From contig NC_042997.1 in assembly GCF_006345805.1 (NCBI RefSeq), positions 103,602,001-103,666,000 of the forward strand: a DNA stretch of 64,000 nucleotides, written 5' to 3'. The translations under genes and the position numbers were made by a program. Shown piece by piece: positions 1 through 12,687 of this stretch (position 1 is its first letter; every line of letters begins with the position of its first letter). The stretch comes from Octopus sinensis (lineage: Eukaryota). The notes under the pieces were generated by a model. It was not told the DNA's origin, ran no database searches, and saw only the letters and a program-made list of their open reading frames with translations.

Positions 1-699
1 TATATATGCAAATCAGGCTATCCGATTTACCTAACTCTTAGTAATATCTGGTCTGTAAGCAGTGTCTCTGTGGAGTGTTAAATAGAGAATTCGGTCGTAG
101 AAACTGGTCTGGCTTGTTCCACTTTTTCTGTCATTGAAAATGATATTATACATAAAGACAAACTGCATACTGCTGTCTACTCACCCAGTGTCAATTAAAA
201 TCTATAGATATATCTAATTTCATCGGAAACTCTTTGTCTAACTCAAAAAGGGGATGCGTGAGTTGCGAGCTCATTTCTCTATAAACATACTCACGCGCAA
301 ATATATTTATATGTGTTTTTCTCGCGTGATTTCCACACGCAGTGCTATTATTTTGAATACTCTTCAGTCATGGTTTCTACCTAGCATATAGGTGACCTAG
401 AATTGAATTAAAAAGTGCCGCTTGATACTGGGCATGAAGGGTAAGTGCTTAAGAGTTCGTGAATCATAAAAGATACTGACAACGATCAAAGGGTTGCCGG
501 GTTCGAAAAAAGAGTGAACCACGGGCGCGTGCATACACAAGTGTTTGTGTGCGCGCATAAGTGTGCATGTGTGCTTGCGGTGAGTATATATATAAATATG
601 TATTTGTGAACAAATACATGCATATGTCTATATATACCCATTTAAACACACCGAAACAGCACACAAACATACACACATACAATACCTACACACACACAC

Positions 700-751
<52 letters not shown>

Positions 752-944
752 TGTATGAATGGATGCATGTATATATATATAGGTGTACAGATTCACACAT
801 ACTTAACTTTGTATGTGTGAATGTATATTGAGACTCATATACAGAATTAAACATACAAATACACACATACACATGCATATTCATCAGTTTAATCATATGT
901 ACTGAGACATAAGCCTGCGGATGCTTAAGTATTAAATAACGCAC

Positions 945-1053
<109 letters not shown>

Positions 1054-1510
1054 CCTTCTTATTTATAAGTTCATCTGTTTATAGATGCATCACACATACA
1101 CACATTCATGCACACCCCCACACACATGTACACCCACACACCCAAGTGCATATGTGCATGCATGCACACACATACATACGCGACATTTGTATGTATGCAT
1201 GTGCTACTTATCGTGCCCTTTCCTTCTGTAGACAAGACTAAAAGATACGAAACTTCTCATATTTCAATGGATATCAGCCAAGCCCAGTTGGCCAATCTTG
1301 ACCAACCGTCTATCGGATTATTCGTCACGCTAGCTCATTACCATAACTGGACTGTTTAGCTGCTTGAGTTTTGTTACTGATATCCACACTATTAGTCTTC
1401 TCAGTTAATTCATTGTATTTGCTCTTTGCATTTGTATATCTCAGCCTTGCGTTCGAATTCGGTTTCAAATAAATATAAACTCTATTGGAATAGTAATGTA
1501 ATTTCTTGTA

Positions 1511-1922
1511 TTTACTGTTTTTGTTTCAGGCATTGGACTGTGGTCATGCTAGGAGCACTAACGTAAATCGCTCCCAGTACAATTTTTAAAAAAATAGTTC
1601 TGTCCGTCCCTTTTTTGCCGAGCCGCTGGTTTATGGGGATTTAAACGAACCATCATCATTGTCAAGCGGTGGAACAAACACAAAGACACACTTATACATA
1701 CATATGCATACATACTTACATACATACACACGTACACACACAGACAGACACACACACATACAATATATGCTCATAGTTTCCATCCACCAAATTTACTCTC
1801 CAGACTTTGGTAGGCCCGGCACTGGAGTAGAAGACATTTGCTCAATATACAGCACAGTAGAACTGAACCAGAAACCACATAGTTACAATGCATACTTCTT
1901 AACCGTACAGACATGCTTGCGC
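1511..1922 (-). mobile_element. SINE family A (tRNA head, internal microsatellite), diverged copy
   Basis: Reverse complement of the family seen at 2131: head, body, central (CA/TACA) tract, and tail CTCCTAGCATGACCACAGTCCAATGCCTGAAAC. Confidence 0.8.
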
Positions 1923-2130
1923 ATAGGCGTAACATTACTGAATGAATTCAAACCTGCGATGTCTTTTTGAATCATATTTAAACACAAGCAGTCTTTGCGA
2001 ATTGTATTTAAATATATGAAATCATTTAAAATAAACTTTAAACAAACGTAATTTCTCGTTTTCAAGTCATAATTAACCATGAGTAGACTTTTTGAATCTG
2101 GCTTTAAACAAACTTAGTCTTTCGCTAACA

Positions 2131-2297
2131 GGCGTAGGGGCAGCTGTGTGGTAAGTAGCTCGCCTACCAACCACATGGTTCCGGGTTCAGTCCCACTGCG
2201 TGACACCTTGGGCAAGTGTCTTCTACTATAGCCCCGGGCCGACCTAAGCCTTGTGAGTGGATTTGGTAGACGGAAACTGAAAGAAGTCCGTCGTATG

Positions 2298-2350
<53 letters not shown>

Positions 2351-2588
2351 TGTGTGTGTGTGTGTGGTGTGTGTGTGTGTGTGTGTGGTGTGTGTGTGCG
2401 CGCGCGCGCGTGTGTGTGTATGTGTAAATGTTTGTCTGTGTTTGTCCGCCCCCCCAACATCGCTTGATAACGGATGCTGGTGTGTTTACGTCACCGTAAC
2501 TTAGCGGTTCGGCAAAAGAGACCGATAGAATAAGTACTAGGCTTAAAAATGACTGAAATGACTGAAACCAGTAAAAGAGAAAAAGAGT
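2131..2588 (+). mobile_element. SINE family A
   Basis: A-box-like GCTGTGTGG and B-box-like GGTTCAGTCCC; body GTGGATTTGGTAGACGGAAACTGAAAGAAG; central (TA)n(TG)n; 3' part CGTAACTTAGCGGTTCGGCAAAAGAGACCGATAGAATAAGTACTAGGCTT. About 13 copies in the window. Confidence 0.9.
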
Positions 2589-2914
2589 ATTTATTATTAT
2601 TGCTGCTGTTTAGTCCAGATCATCTCTTATTGAGCAGATCTTATGATTTATCAAAACATTCTAGTTATGAAAATCGCTTTCGTCTGCTGACGATCTGAAT
2701 AACAAACAGATCCAAGATAAATTGACCAAATCCTCATATATTAGGTGTGGAAGTCTCTTCAGCACGATAGTAGTGGCAAGTAAAGACTACCTTGCGTGAG
2801 CAATACAAATAGAGATGAGTTGAATCTGTCTGTAAGTTTCCTCATAGATCTTGTGTCCACATCATGAGATATTTTGAACCCTGGGTGTACGTGCCATCAA
2901 GGTGATCAAATATG

Positions 2915-3246
2915 CATATATATATATGGATCTGCTCCCGAAGAAATCGTGTCAGCTGCTAATGGTGGTGCAGCATCTGTCGTGGGTGTAGAGGCCCAGA
3001 CGGGAGTGGCAGTCACGCACACATCGACTGTATTTGAAGGAGCTCTCTGCCGGCACTATTGGATTTTCCTTCCATCGAATGCGCTTTTGTTTGGTGACGA
3101 GTTCCTGTTTTTCTTCCCCTCGCTTCATCCCCTTTCGCGTAGGCGATCATTTGTGACCTCATCCCATCTCAGGACGTTAAGATCAAGCGACTTCATATCT
3201 CTCTTTCAGACGTCCTTGAAACGAAGGTTTTCCTCGTGCTTTTGTC
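2915..3246 (-). mobile_element. RTE/BovB-like LINE 3' fragment
   Basis: Minus strand reads, across frameshifts, RFKDV.KRDMKSLDLNVLRWDEVTNDRLR...FKYSRCVRDCHSRLGLYTHDRC. This resembles the RTE ORF C-terminus (KRDMK..., CxxCxRDCHSRIGLYSH). Ends in a (TA)n tail. Confidence 0.7.
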
Positions 3247-3270
3247 ACACACACACACACACACACACAC

Positions 3271-3324
3271 AAAGCCTTGTGAGTGGATTTGATAGACGGA
3301 AACTGAAAGAAGCCAGTCGTATAT
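3271..3324 (+). mobile_element. SINE family A, 5' body fragment (interrupted)
   Basis: AAAGCCTTGTGAGTGGATTTGATAGACGGAAACTGAAAGAAGCCAGTCGTATAT ends exactly where the internal microsatellite starts and abuts the LTR. Confidence 0.75.
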
Positions 3325-4934
3325 TGTTTTGGGAATAATAGTAATAATGATACACTCCTCTCACATCACGAGTGGTATGATTTAACCGCTACAAATAAGG
3401 TAACGTCCGTCAGTATAAAGAGAGACGGCGGAGTCGACGTTCTTACATAGTCGTGTTTTTATTGGTCTAACAAATTTACTGGTTTACCAGAGTAGGCGTT
3501 ATAACAACCCGGCTTAAAGGATTACAACAGTGGTGACGAGGAATTAACAAACTCAGAAAAGCTTCTTTCCGTGCAAATTTTCCAGGAAAAAAATTGTAAA
3601 ATTATGGAAAATTTGTTGGCCGGTTTGCTCGAGTTGCAAAAACAGCAACTGAAATAACAACAACGGCAGCTACAACTGCAAGAACAACAGCTGAAGCAAC
3701 AACAATAGCAACAACAACAGAAAGGACAACAACAGCGGCAGCTACAACTGCAAGAACAACAGCAGAAGCATCGCTGCAATTAATGAATAGTAAGTAGTCA
3801 GCTGAAAAAACGTTCTCACCGGATTATGTTGCGAACTCGATAAGAGAGTTTAAGTATGAACCAGACGAAGGAGTTACCTTCAAGGCGTAGAATAGAAGAT
3901 ATGAACAGATCTTCAGTAAAGAGTGCAAAGACTGGGCCGACGATATAAAAAAAAAGCGTTTAATCCTAAGGAAATTAGCTGCAGGAGAACGTGGGCGTTA
4001 CAGCAATTGTGTACTCCCGAGAAACCATTTTGACATAAACTTTAAAAATACAATAGACATATTGTGTAAAATCTTTAGCGAGAAAATCTCGTTGTTCAAT
4101 ACACGCTGGAAATGTTTGAACCTAAAAAAGAACAACGAAGAGGACTACATCATATATGCCGGTAGAGTTAACAGGGAAACGGAAAAGTTCAAGCTGGACG
4201 AATTAACGCCAGATATGTTCAAGTGCCTGATATTTACTCAGGGACTAACTGCAGAGACAGAAATAAGAACAAGAATTCTTGCTCAGCTGGAACAAAACCA
4301 AGCTGCACTTTTATAACAAGTGTCAGCGGAGTGTGAAAGAATAGTAAATTTTAGACACGACACAGGAAATAGGTGTGAAAAGTGTGAAATAGGCAGAATA
4401 GAAAGTAAGTATGTATTAAAATACAGTACAAACAGGACAAAGATCATGAAATAAACTTATGCCTTGCATGCGTAGCTCTACACCTCACGAAAAACTGTCC
4501 ATTTAAGAAAGCGGAATGCTTCTGTTGTGGACAGATTGGACACGTATAAGCGCACTGTAAAACCAAGATGGCAAAACGTTGAAACAAAGGACAAGCGTAA
4601 GAGAAAGAAAATGTACAGAGTTCCTGAAGGGTGCCAAACGGAAAAATATTAAATGTGTAACTATGAAAAAAAATACTCAAAAAGGAGATGGGGTGATATA
4701 AAAGTATTGCTATTAAAAGAAATAAAATGACACTCCCCAAGAAAAAAGAAAAACTTAAAAGGGAGATGTTGTGGGGAGAATAGTAATAATGGTACCCCCC
4801 CGCGTGATGAGGCGACGTCGGTCAGTATAAAAAGAGAGTACGAAGTAGACGTCCTTAGATAGTCGTGTCTTTAGTGGTCTAACAACTATACTGCTATACC
4901 GAAGTGGGCGTTACAAGACGACGAGGGTTACAAC
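3325..4934 (+). mobile_element. Ty3/Gypsy Mag-clade LTR retrotransposon, gag-only (pol absent)
   Basis: 5' LTR 3325-3529 (TGTT...CAACA). PBS TGGTGACGAGGA 3531-3542, complementary to the tRNA-Ser(GCU) 3' end with one mismatch. Gag relic. PPT AAAAGGGAGA 4757-4766. 3' LTR 4767-4934 (TGTTG...CAAC). Confidence 0.85.
3604..4600 (+). pseudogene. gag: Mag-type gag pseudogene with twin zinc knuckle
   Basis: MENLLAGLLELQKQQ... then FKYEPDEGVTFKA*NRRYEQIF, SLFNTRWKCLNL, FKCLIFTQGL. Knuckles CLACVALHLTKNC and CFCCGQIGHV*AHC at 4460-4558. Several stops and frameshifts. Confidence 0.8.
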
Positions 4935-4961
4935 TTCTGTCTGTCTGTCTGTCTGTCTATC

Positions 4962-5033
<72 letters not shown>

Positions 5034-5045
5034 CCCTTGGCCATA

Positions 5046-5079
<34 letters not shown>

Positions 5080-5082
<3 letters not shown>

Positions 5083-6667
5083 TTGCGGCCAAAATGTTCA
5101 GAACGGCATTGTTTTCGTCAGAAAAGTAAGTATAAGTTTTCATCAAAGTAGTTTTATATTCTATAATTTTCACAGACAATAAACACAATATTAATTGTTA
5201 TTGTCTGAGAATCTGGTGTAATTTGAGAGGATAATACAAAAGTTATGGATGATTTAGGGATTTACTGCAAAACCCATAGCGGCCAAAATGATCAGAACGG
5301 TTGAAAAAATAACAAAATAATCAAAAATGACAGAGAATACTGGAATTATTTAATATTTAGTGTGAAGCCCTTTAGCTTCAATCACACTCTGACATCTTTG
5401 ACTGCATGAGGAAATTAAATTTTCAATTTCTTGCTGGGTGATCTTATTCCATTCTTCCTGAAGGGCATTCCATAATTGCTCAGTTGTTTTAGGATTTTCA
5501 ATAGGATTGAGATCTGAGCTTTGAGCAGGCCAATCCATAACAATAATCTTTTCAGCCTTAAAGAAGTTCATGACCATCTTAGCCTTGTGACATGGGGCAT
5601 TGTCCTGCATGAATATGGGTGGTCGCTTAGTTGAATTTCTCAGCACAGGCAAGACATGATCTTTTACAAGTTGTTTATAAACTCCTGCATTTACCTTTCC
5701 ATGTAATCGCACCAAAGGGCCCATACCATCTCCAGATATCATCCCCCAAACCATGACACTTCCTCCACCGAATTTAAAACTAGTCTTAAGGCATTTAGGC
5801 GACAATTTTTCACCTACTTTTCTACGAACGTACCTTTTCCCATCTGAGCCAAATAACATAAACTTAGATTCATCACTGAAATGCACCGTTTGCCATTTTT
5901 CTTGAGACCACAACACATGTTTGGTTGCAAAGGTAAGACGACACTTTTTATTCTTGGAGCTGATCAGTGGCTTCACTGCAGGTGCTCTTGCTTGTAGGTC
6001 ATGTTCAACTAAACGACGAGACAGTTTTTCGAGATAAAGTTTTCTTCAATACAATGCTCATTTTCCGAGAAACAGCAGCAGCAGTTTTAAATCTGTCCTT
6101 TTTAACCAAATTTACCATAGCACGATCTTCTCTCTTGGTCGTTTTTCTTGGCCTACCTGTAAACTTTCTTGCTTCACACGAACCACAATCATCGTAGACC
6201 TTAAGAATACTGTGTACAACACTTTTTGACCTGTTAACAATCTTTGCAATAGATCCACTACTTAAATTATCCTTCCTTCGAAGCTTAATAATCTGCTGAC
6301 GAATTGGTAACGGAGTAAGTGGCATTATATTGACAAAGTACACTGCAAATATTCTTACTAATGTTTAGTAAACGAACCGTCACGTAAACAAATTCAAAAC
6401 ATTAGAGTTCGCCGGTTAAATATACTAAAACACGGAGTAAAGGCAATCGTTCTGATCATTTTGGCCGCCATGGGTTTTGCAGTAAATCACTAAATCATCC
6501 ATAACTTTTGTATTATCCTCTCAAATTACACCAAAATCTCAGGCAATAACAAAAAATATCGTATTTATTGTCTATGAAAATTATAGAATATAAAACAACT
6601 TTGATAAAAACTTATACTTACTTTTCTGACGAAAACAATGCCGTTCTGAACATTTTGGCCGCCACTG
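5080..6667 (-). mobile_element. Tc1 (DD34E) transposon with IR/DR-type long TIRs
   Basis: TA|CAGTTGCGGCCAAAATG...CATTTTGGCCGCCACTG|TA. TIRs of about 220 bp (5080-5299, 6448-6667) each carry outer and inner GCGGCCAAAATG(T/A)TCAGAACG direct repeats. Confidence 0.95.
5350..6325 (-). pseudogene. Tc1 transposase, one frameshift plus a short in-frame deletion
   Basis: MPLTPLPIRQQII...GRPRKTT, then a frameshift near 6015 (TVS/RRLVEHDL). SDESKF, VMVWG, QDNAPCH-34aa-NPIE follow. The LW..LK segment normally after NPIEN is missing. Confidence 0.9.
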
Positions 6668-6674
6668 TATATAT

Positions 6675-7010
<336 letters not shown>

Positions 7011-7421
7011 CAAATTGTGAATTATTTGGGGCTATAAAAAAAAAAGAACGGAATAAGCCAATTTCTCATAAAGAGAAAAAAATAATTGGTTGACATTACT
7101 TCATAGTAAGTTTTCTATTACAGAGCATTCTGTTTCGAAAAATTCTGCCTCTTACAAGCAGCCTCTCACCAGGCCGTGAATAAAAGACTGAATAGTTTCA
7201 TGATTAGCTCCATAAGGCTATTTGTCACATGGAATTAAATATAAAACTGCTCTGATCGGAAAGATGTATGAGAGGAGAGACACTTCTATATTGAAATGGA
7301 TGAAATTATTTTTACGAGGATAAACTTAACTTGAAGTGCTCGACATAGACTTAACTTCCTGCAGGTATGCGTAATCGGTAACAAAAGACCTAGCACAATG
7401 CATCACACCTGGTACAACACA

Positions 7422-7475
<54 letters not shown>

Positions 7476-7563
7476 GCACGCACACACAAAACGCAAACTC
7501 ACACATGCATGCATTGTCTTTTGAATAAGATCAAATCGTTTGAGCATATGTATACACACACAC

Positions 7564-7625
<62 letters not shown>

Positions 7626-8520
7626 GTATACATAGATACATACATGTGCTTGTTTGTACGTGTTTTAGGTCGATATAAAGTTGTACATATTACGTAGAGA
7701 GTAACAAAAACATTTACTGATATATGCAACGTGTGTGAAAACATACTCAATGCATGTACAGACACTCGCATTATGTATATGGATACGTGTGTTCCAATAT
7801 AACGATACTATTTGTCGATAATTTACCATCATATGTCAAGACTGATTGTTTTCCTGATATTATGGTGGTCGTTTACGAAAGTAAAAGTCAAGAAAAACAG
7901 GAGTGAATAACAAACAGATTCAAGATAAATTGACTAAACCCTCATCACTTGAAGTTCGAACATCACGAAGTTCGATCACCACTTGATGTTCGTCAATAGG
8001 CTTCGTAAAAAAGAACAGACTTCCAACGATTAATAATGAAAAAAAAAAGTAAATGTAAATAAATAAATTTTCTGTATTTGAACAATAGGTAAGCAATTGG
8101 AAAGGCTATAAAATGGGTGTGGGATGAGGGTAAGATTCATCGACAAAACATCTTTAAAGCTGCTTTTGCTTCAACAGTAAACTACTACCACTTTCTTATA
8201 CATCTATTATATTCTTATGCAGTTCTCGCTTTCACTCACATTTACATACATACACGATGTTCAGGCTAAATTTGTCAGTTTGAATAAAAGGAATAGTAAG
8301 CACATTATCCCATCTAGAAATAAAAATCAGACAATATTAACTACTTAGAAAATCTCAGGGGTTCGCTCCTCTGCTTGCAATATATATCAGGTGCAGATTG
8401 CAGCGATAATCACCTGGAGAAGGCTCCTCCAGGGGTTAAAAATGGCAATAACGTCTGATCCTACGGAAACAGCCATATTGAAGAGGCGATAAATATTACT
8501 TCTGATTGGTAAAAAACAGT

Positions 8521-9170
8521 TTACTCAAAGTAGCCACCCTCATATTCCACCACAGCGTCAAGAAGGCTCTAGAATCTAGTACGTGCGTTCGTTACTATGT
8601 TCGTGAGGTGAGTTTGGAAGACAATCTGGACTTTGGCTACCAGCTCGGTCTTGGGGTTGCAGGCAGAGCGGTTGAAGTCTTTCTCGACTGCACCCCACAC
8701 ATAGTAACCTATGGGATTAAAACTGGAGGAAATTAAGAGACCAGAAATTGGAGATAGCCAAGACTACTTCTGACACTTTTCGGAGGAGGTAGTGCAAAGA
8801 ACCGATTCCTGCTGCCTCATACATGGCATTCCAGCAGTAATTCTTTCTAGCCAGGAATAGACCACAATCTTCAACAGCTTCATATATCCATCTGAATTGA
8901 GTCTAACACTTTGCTCAAAGATGTGCAGGTGAATTCCGGCGTGCGGACAGACAAAAACGGATACTATGTCCCTTCTTGTTGGCCACGGCTTCGTAGTCTC
9001 CATTGCAGCTGCCCGTGTGATGTCTTACAAACTTCACAGAATATTGAGCAGCAGTTATGCCATCGGCATTTTGATATCCGGCGCGAATCATCGTGATACA
9101 GGTAACCCGTTCCCAATATTCAGATGGCTTTCAGCTCTTCATGTCAGCTAACCTTTTCTCATCTACAACT
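8521..9170 (-). pseudogene. maT/DD37D-like transposase relic, internally deleted
   Basis: Minus strand has HIFEQSVRLNSDGYMKLL...WLERITAG...QQES...NPIGYYVWGAVEKDFNRSACNPKTELVAK...YEGGYFE*, joined to an N-terminal piece KPSEYWERV. TIRs not found. Confidence 0.7.
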
Positions 9171-9569
9171 GAAATGTTTATGCTCTCCAACGCTGTCGAC
9201 TGTTCACCAATAATTCAAGCTATTTATGAAAAAAGGAGACATAAAATATCGCCAAATTTTGACCGAATACACTGTACATACATACATGCATACATACATA
9301 CATACGTACATACATACATACATACATACATACATACATACATACAAACAAACAAAAATACCCTGTTGTTGATGTTGAAATTCTAATGAAGGAACCTTGG
9401 ATCTAGGTTAGAAACCGGTTCTTTCTCTATTGGCAAGAAAACTTGAAACTGAATAATGACATAGATATATACATACATGCATATATATATATAAATTTGT
9501 ATGTGTATATATATATAAATATATATAATATATATGTATATATACATACTCCTCCCTCTCTTGTTTTAT

Positions 9570-9616
<47 letters not shown>

Positions 9617-9635
9617 ACACTCACACATACATACA

Positions 9636-9666
<31 letters not shown>

Positions 9667-10216
9667 CATACATACATACATACATACATACATACAAAGA
9701 GGCATGAATGCATATGTTTATGAGTTTGAAATAGCCCAGAAACTATCTGTAGAGGTTTTGCATTCCTGACATGCACGGTCATGTAACTGGCTTTTCCATG
9801 ATTTAAACGACAACACACATGTTTATCAATAAAATAATAAGAGTAGTATTCGTGCAGAAATTAAAAAAGTTTATTAAAACAAAGAAAGATGAGCTTAGCC
9901 ACTTTTTTGTTGTTGCTATACCAGTCTCAATTCAAGCGAACTTTCAAATGAACATAGCGTATGTAGTTGTATTTCAAAGCTGGTAAACAAAACCTATTTC
10001 AATGAGAGAATGACCCCATTGATATAATCCATACTCCATACACACGCCGACACGTTTATAGACATTCATTTTAATCTATTTATCTATCTAACTATCAATC
10101 TACACACACACAGAACACAACACACACAGCACACACGCACACATCAATTGCAGCAATAGCTAAGATGATTTTTATTGTCATGAATATTCTAATAAATCTA
10201 TATGTTTATATATGTT

Positions 10217-10248
<32 letters not shown>

Positions 10249-10322
10249 TGCATGTATGTATGTATGTATGTATGTATGTATGTATGTATGTATGTATGTA
10301 TGTATGTATGTATGTATTATAT

Positions 10323-10640
10323 GAAAACGCATAGGTAAGTAGTTAGAGCATCGGGCTCACAATCATGAGGTAGTGGGTTCGATTTCTGGACTGAGCTGTG
10401 TGTCGTGTTCTTGAGCAAAACACTATTTCACCTGGCTCCAGTTCACTCAGCTGTAGAAATGAATTGTTACGTCACTGGTGCCAAGCTATATTGGCCTTTG
10501 GTTGTTCCTTGGATATCATCAGTGGCGTGGAGAGGAGAGGCTGGTATGCATGGGCCAGTGCTAGTCTTCCACAAAACAACCTCGAAGAGGAGCTGTCTTG
10601 GTGCAATTCTATGATCATTCACGACCGAAGGGGGTCTTTA
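10323..10640 (+). mobile_element. SINE family B (tRNA head plus Nin/Deu-like core)
   Basis: Head GTTAGAGCATCGGGCTCAC...GGTTCGATTTC, core GTTCTTGAGCAAAACAC...CTCCAGTTCACTCAGCTGTAGAAATG, tail ...GACCGAAGGGGGTC. The domain name is from recollection of the Nin/Deu consensus. Confidence 0.8.
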
Positions 10641-11094
10641 TGTTTGCCTGTCTATCTACACTTATATTTTAGACTGCATCTGGTACGGGAGCCCTGGTAG
10701 AAGAGCTCCAGGGATTTGAGGAATGCTGAACCATTGTTCCAAGTTCTAACCTGATCCGAAAAAGTTGCAGCTTTTAGGGTTCCAGTTATGGGCTAACTAG
10801 CATGTGAACCATTTAAAGTGGAGAGGACCCTAGTTCTAATTAGAACGTCGTTCTAGAAGGTAAATTCGTATAAAGAACTTAAAATCTATTTGGTTTCTTG
10901 CAGTCGCAGGCTCCGTTGTTCCACTGATTTTATGGCTGATTGCACTGAAAAGTGGGTTCAGTGCAGTGCAACACAACCCACTCAAAACGAAATGGGTCAC
11001 AGGAATTTCTTTGATTCTCGGAATATTTGCTTGGATTTATTGAGTTCAGGAAGTAATCTTACTCGGTCACGGGTTGACGTCAACAGCAACAACA

Positions 11095-11365
11095 GGAGGC
11101 GCAATGGCCCAGTGGTTAGGGCAGCAGACTCGCGGTCGGAGGATCGCGTTTTCGATTCCCAGACCGGGCGTTGTGTGTGTTTATAGAGCGAAAACACTTA
11201 AAGCTCCACGAGGTTCCGGCAGGGGGTTGTGGCGACCCCTGTTGTACTCTTTCGCTCCAACTTTCTTTCACTCTTTCTTCCCGTTTCTTGTCCCCAACTT
11301 CCTACGCAACCGATGAGCCTGGATGCGCATTCATCCGTCGATGCTCTCGGTGTCGGAGGTTACAG
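11095..11365 (+). mobile_element. SINE family D, tail type 1, with 14-bp TSD
   Basis: Head GGAGGCGCAATGGCCCAGTGGTTAGGGC...TTCGATTCCC. TSD CAACAGCAACAACA at 11081-11094 and 11366-11379. Confidence 0.85.
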
Positions 11366-11420
11366 CAACAGCAACAACAACACACACTATTTTCATATTT
11401 CATATTTATTTATATGTATT

Positions 11421-11473
<53 letters not shown>

Positions 11474-11669
11474 GTATATATATTATATATATATATATAT
11501 ATATAGATATATATATATATATATGTGTGTGTGTGTATAAGAGTGTGTTTAAGTATTTATACACAGAAACTCTTATATATGAAAATATGTTGTCTATTGA
11601 CTTTCATTATGCATGGTAGCTAGTGTATGAACATTTTTCTAAATTTTCTATTCTTACAATTTTCACAGT

Positions 11670-11815
<146 letters not shown>

Positions 11816-11904
11816 AGAGTTTAAGAAAAAACACAAAAGACGAAGCCAGGTGGGTACAAACACAACAGATGTATTAGTTAGTATAACGCTCAGGAATAGA
11901 AAAA

Positions 11905-11942
11905 GTATTTACGTTTCAAGCCTACGCTCTTCTACAGAAAGG
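11905..11942 (-). ncRNA. Degenerate type-I hammerhead ribozyme (CUGUAGA core variant)
   Basis: Minus: CCTTT CTGTAGA A GAGC GTAG GCTT GAAAC GTA AATAC. Stem I is weak (2 bp). Paralogue of 12145-12182. Confidence 0.45.
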
Positions 11943-12004
11943 AGAGAAACAAGAAGAGAAAAAATGTGTGTAGTGTAACGAAACGATATATCATATATAT
12001 ATAT

Positions 12005-12047
<43 letters not shown>

Positions 12048-12144
12048 ACGGGAAGCTTTATGAAAATAAACAAAAGACGAAGGCAGGTGGAATAACAAAC
12101 AACAATTGTATTAGTATGGCGCTCAGGAATATAAATAAAACAAG

Positions 12145-12182
12145 TCTTTTACGTTTCGAGCCTACGCTCTTCAACAGAAAGA
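12145..12182 (-). ncRNA. Minimal type-I hammerhead ribozyme (CUGUUGA core variant)
   Basis: Minus: TCTTT CTGTTGA A GAGC GTAG GCTC GAAAC GTA AAAGA. Stem I 5 bp, stem II 4 bp, palindromic ACGT stem III, GUA triplet. Confidence 0.65.
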
Positions 12183-12454
12183 TACACAGAAAAGAAACAC
12201 GGAGAGAAACAAGGAGAGAAAAAAAATGTGTGCAGAAGCTAGCGAATCAACATGGCGATCTATATAAGTTCTATTGCCACCACCATCACCACTAGCAACA
12301 GTAATTAAGGTGCTGACAATGATGATGATGACAATTGAAATATAAAAATATAAAAATCTCTGACAAAGGCTATTTACAACATTTCTAAATAACCCAACAA
12401 CTGCTGCCTCGGCCAGGGTTAAGATACATGACTCTTGACATGTCCAACAAAGCG

Positions 12455-12610
12455 TGACGCCTAAACCAATCAGCTCAACCAACCAATCAGCTTAAGTAAT
12501 TGAGTGATACTACACACTGATTGGTCAGAATACAGTTTGCAAAACCTAGCAATCTGGAGCCTACAGAGCTGTATTTAAAGCACAGATTCAATCATCTCGC
12601 TACAGTCAAA
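12455..12610 (+). promoter_or_regulatory. Putative Pol II promoter (three CCAAT boxes plus TATA-like box)
   Basis: CCAATCAG at 12466 and 12483, CTGATTGG at 12517, TATTTAAA at 12572-12579. Lies about 65 nt upstream of a hammerhead-like fold. Confidence 0.45.
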
Positions 12611-12642
12611 AATTGTGAAGCATGACTGTCACCACTACTACA

Positions 12643-12687
12643 TGAACCTGAAGATTGCAGAATTTAATGCATGAAAATACTAGTTCA
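12643..12687 (+). ncRNA. Type-I hammerhead-like fold
   Basis: TGAAC CTGAAGA T TGCA GAATTTAA TGCA T GAAA ATAC TA GTTCA. Stem I TGAAC/GTTCA, intact core, stem II TGCA/TGCA, stem III almost absent. Confidence 0.55.

Noticed and set aside
2688-2725. CTGACGA followed by a TCTG/CAGA hairpin
   Set aside because: Not followed by GAAA; no stem I or NUH.
10903-11045. Possible exon after TTTCTTGCAG encoding a hydrophobic peptide (GSVVPLILWLIALK...GISLILGIFAWIY*)
   Set aside because: No recognisable family, no clear donor site and no partner exons.
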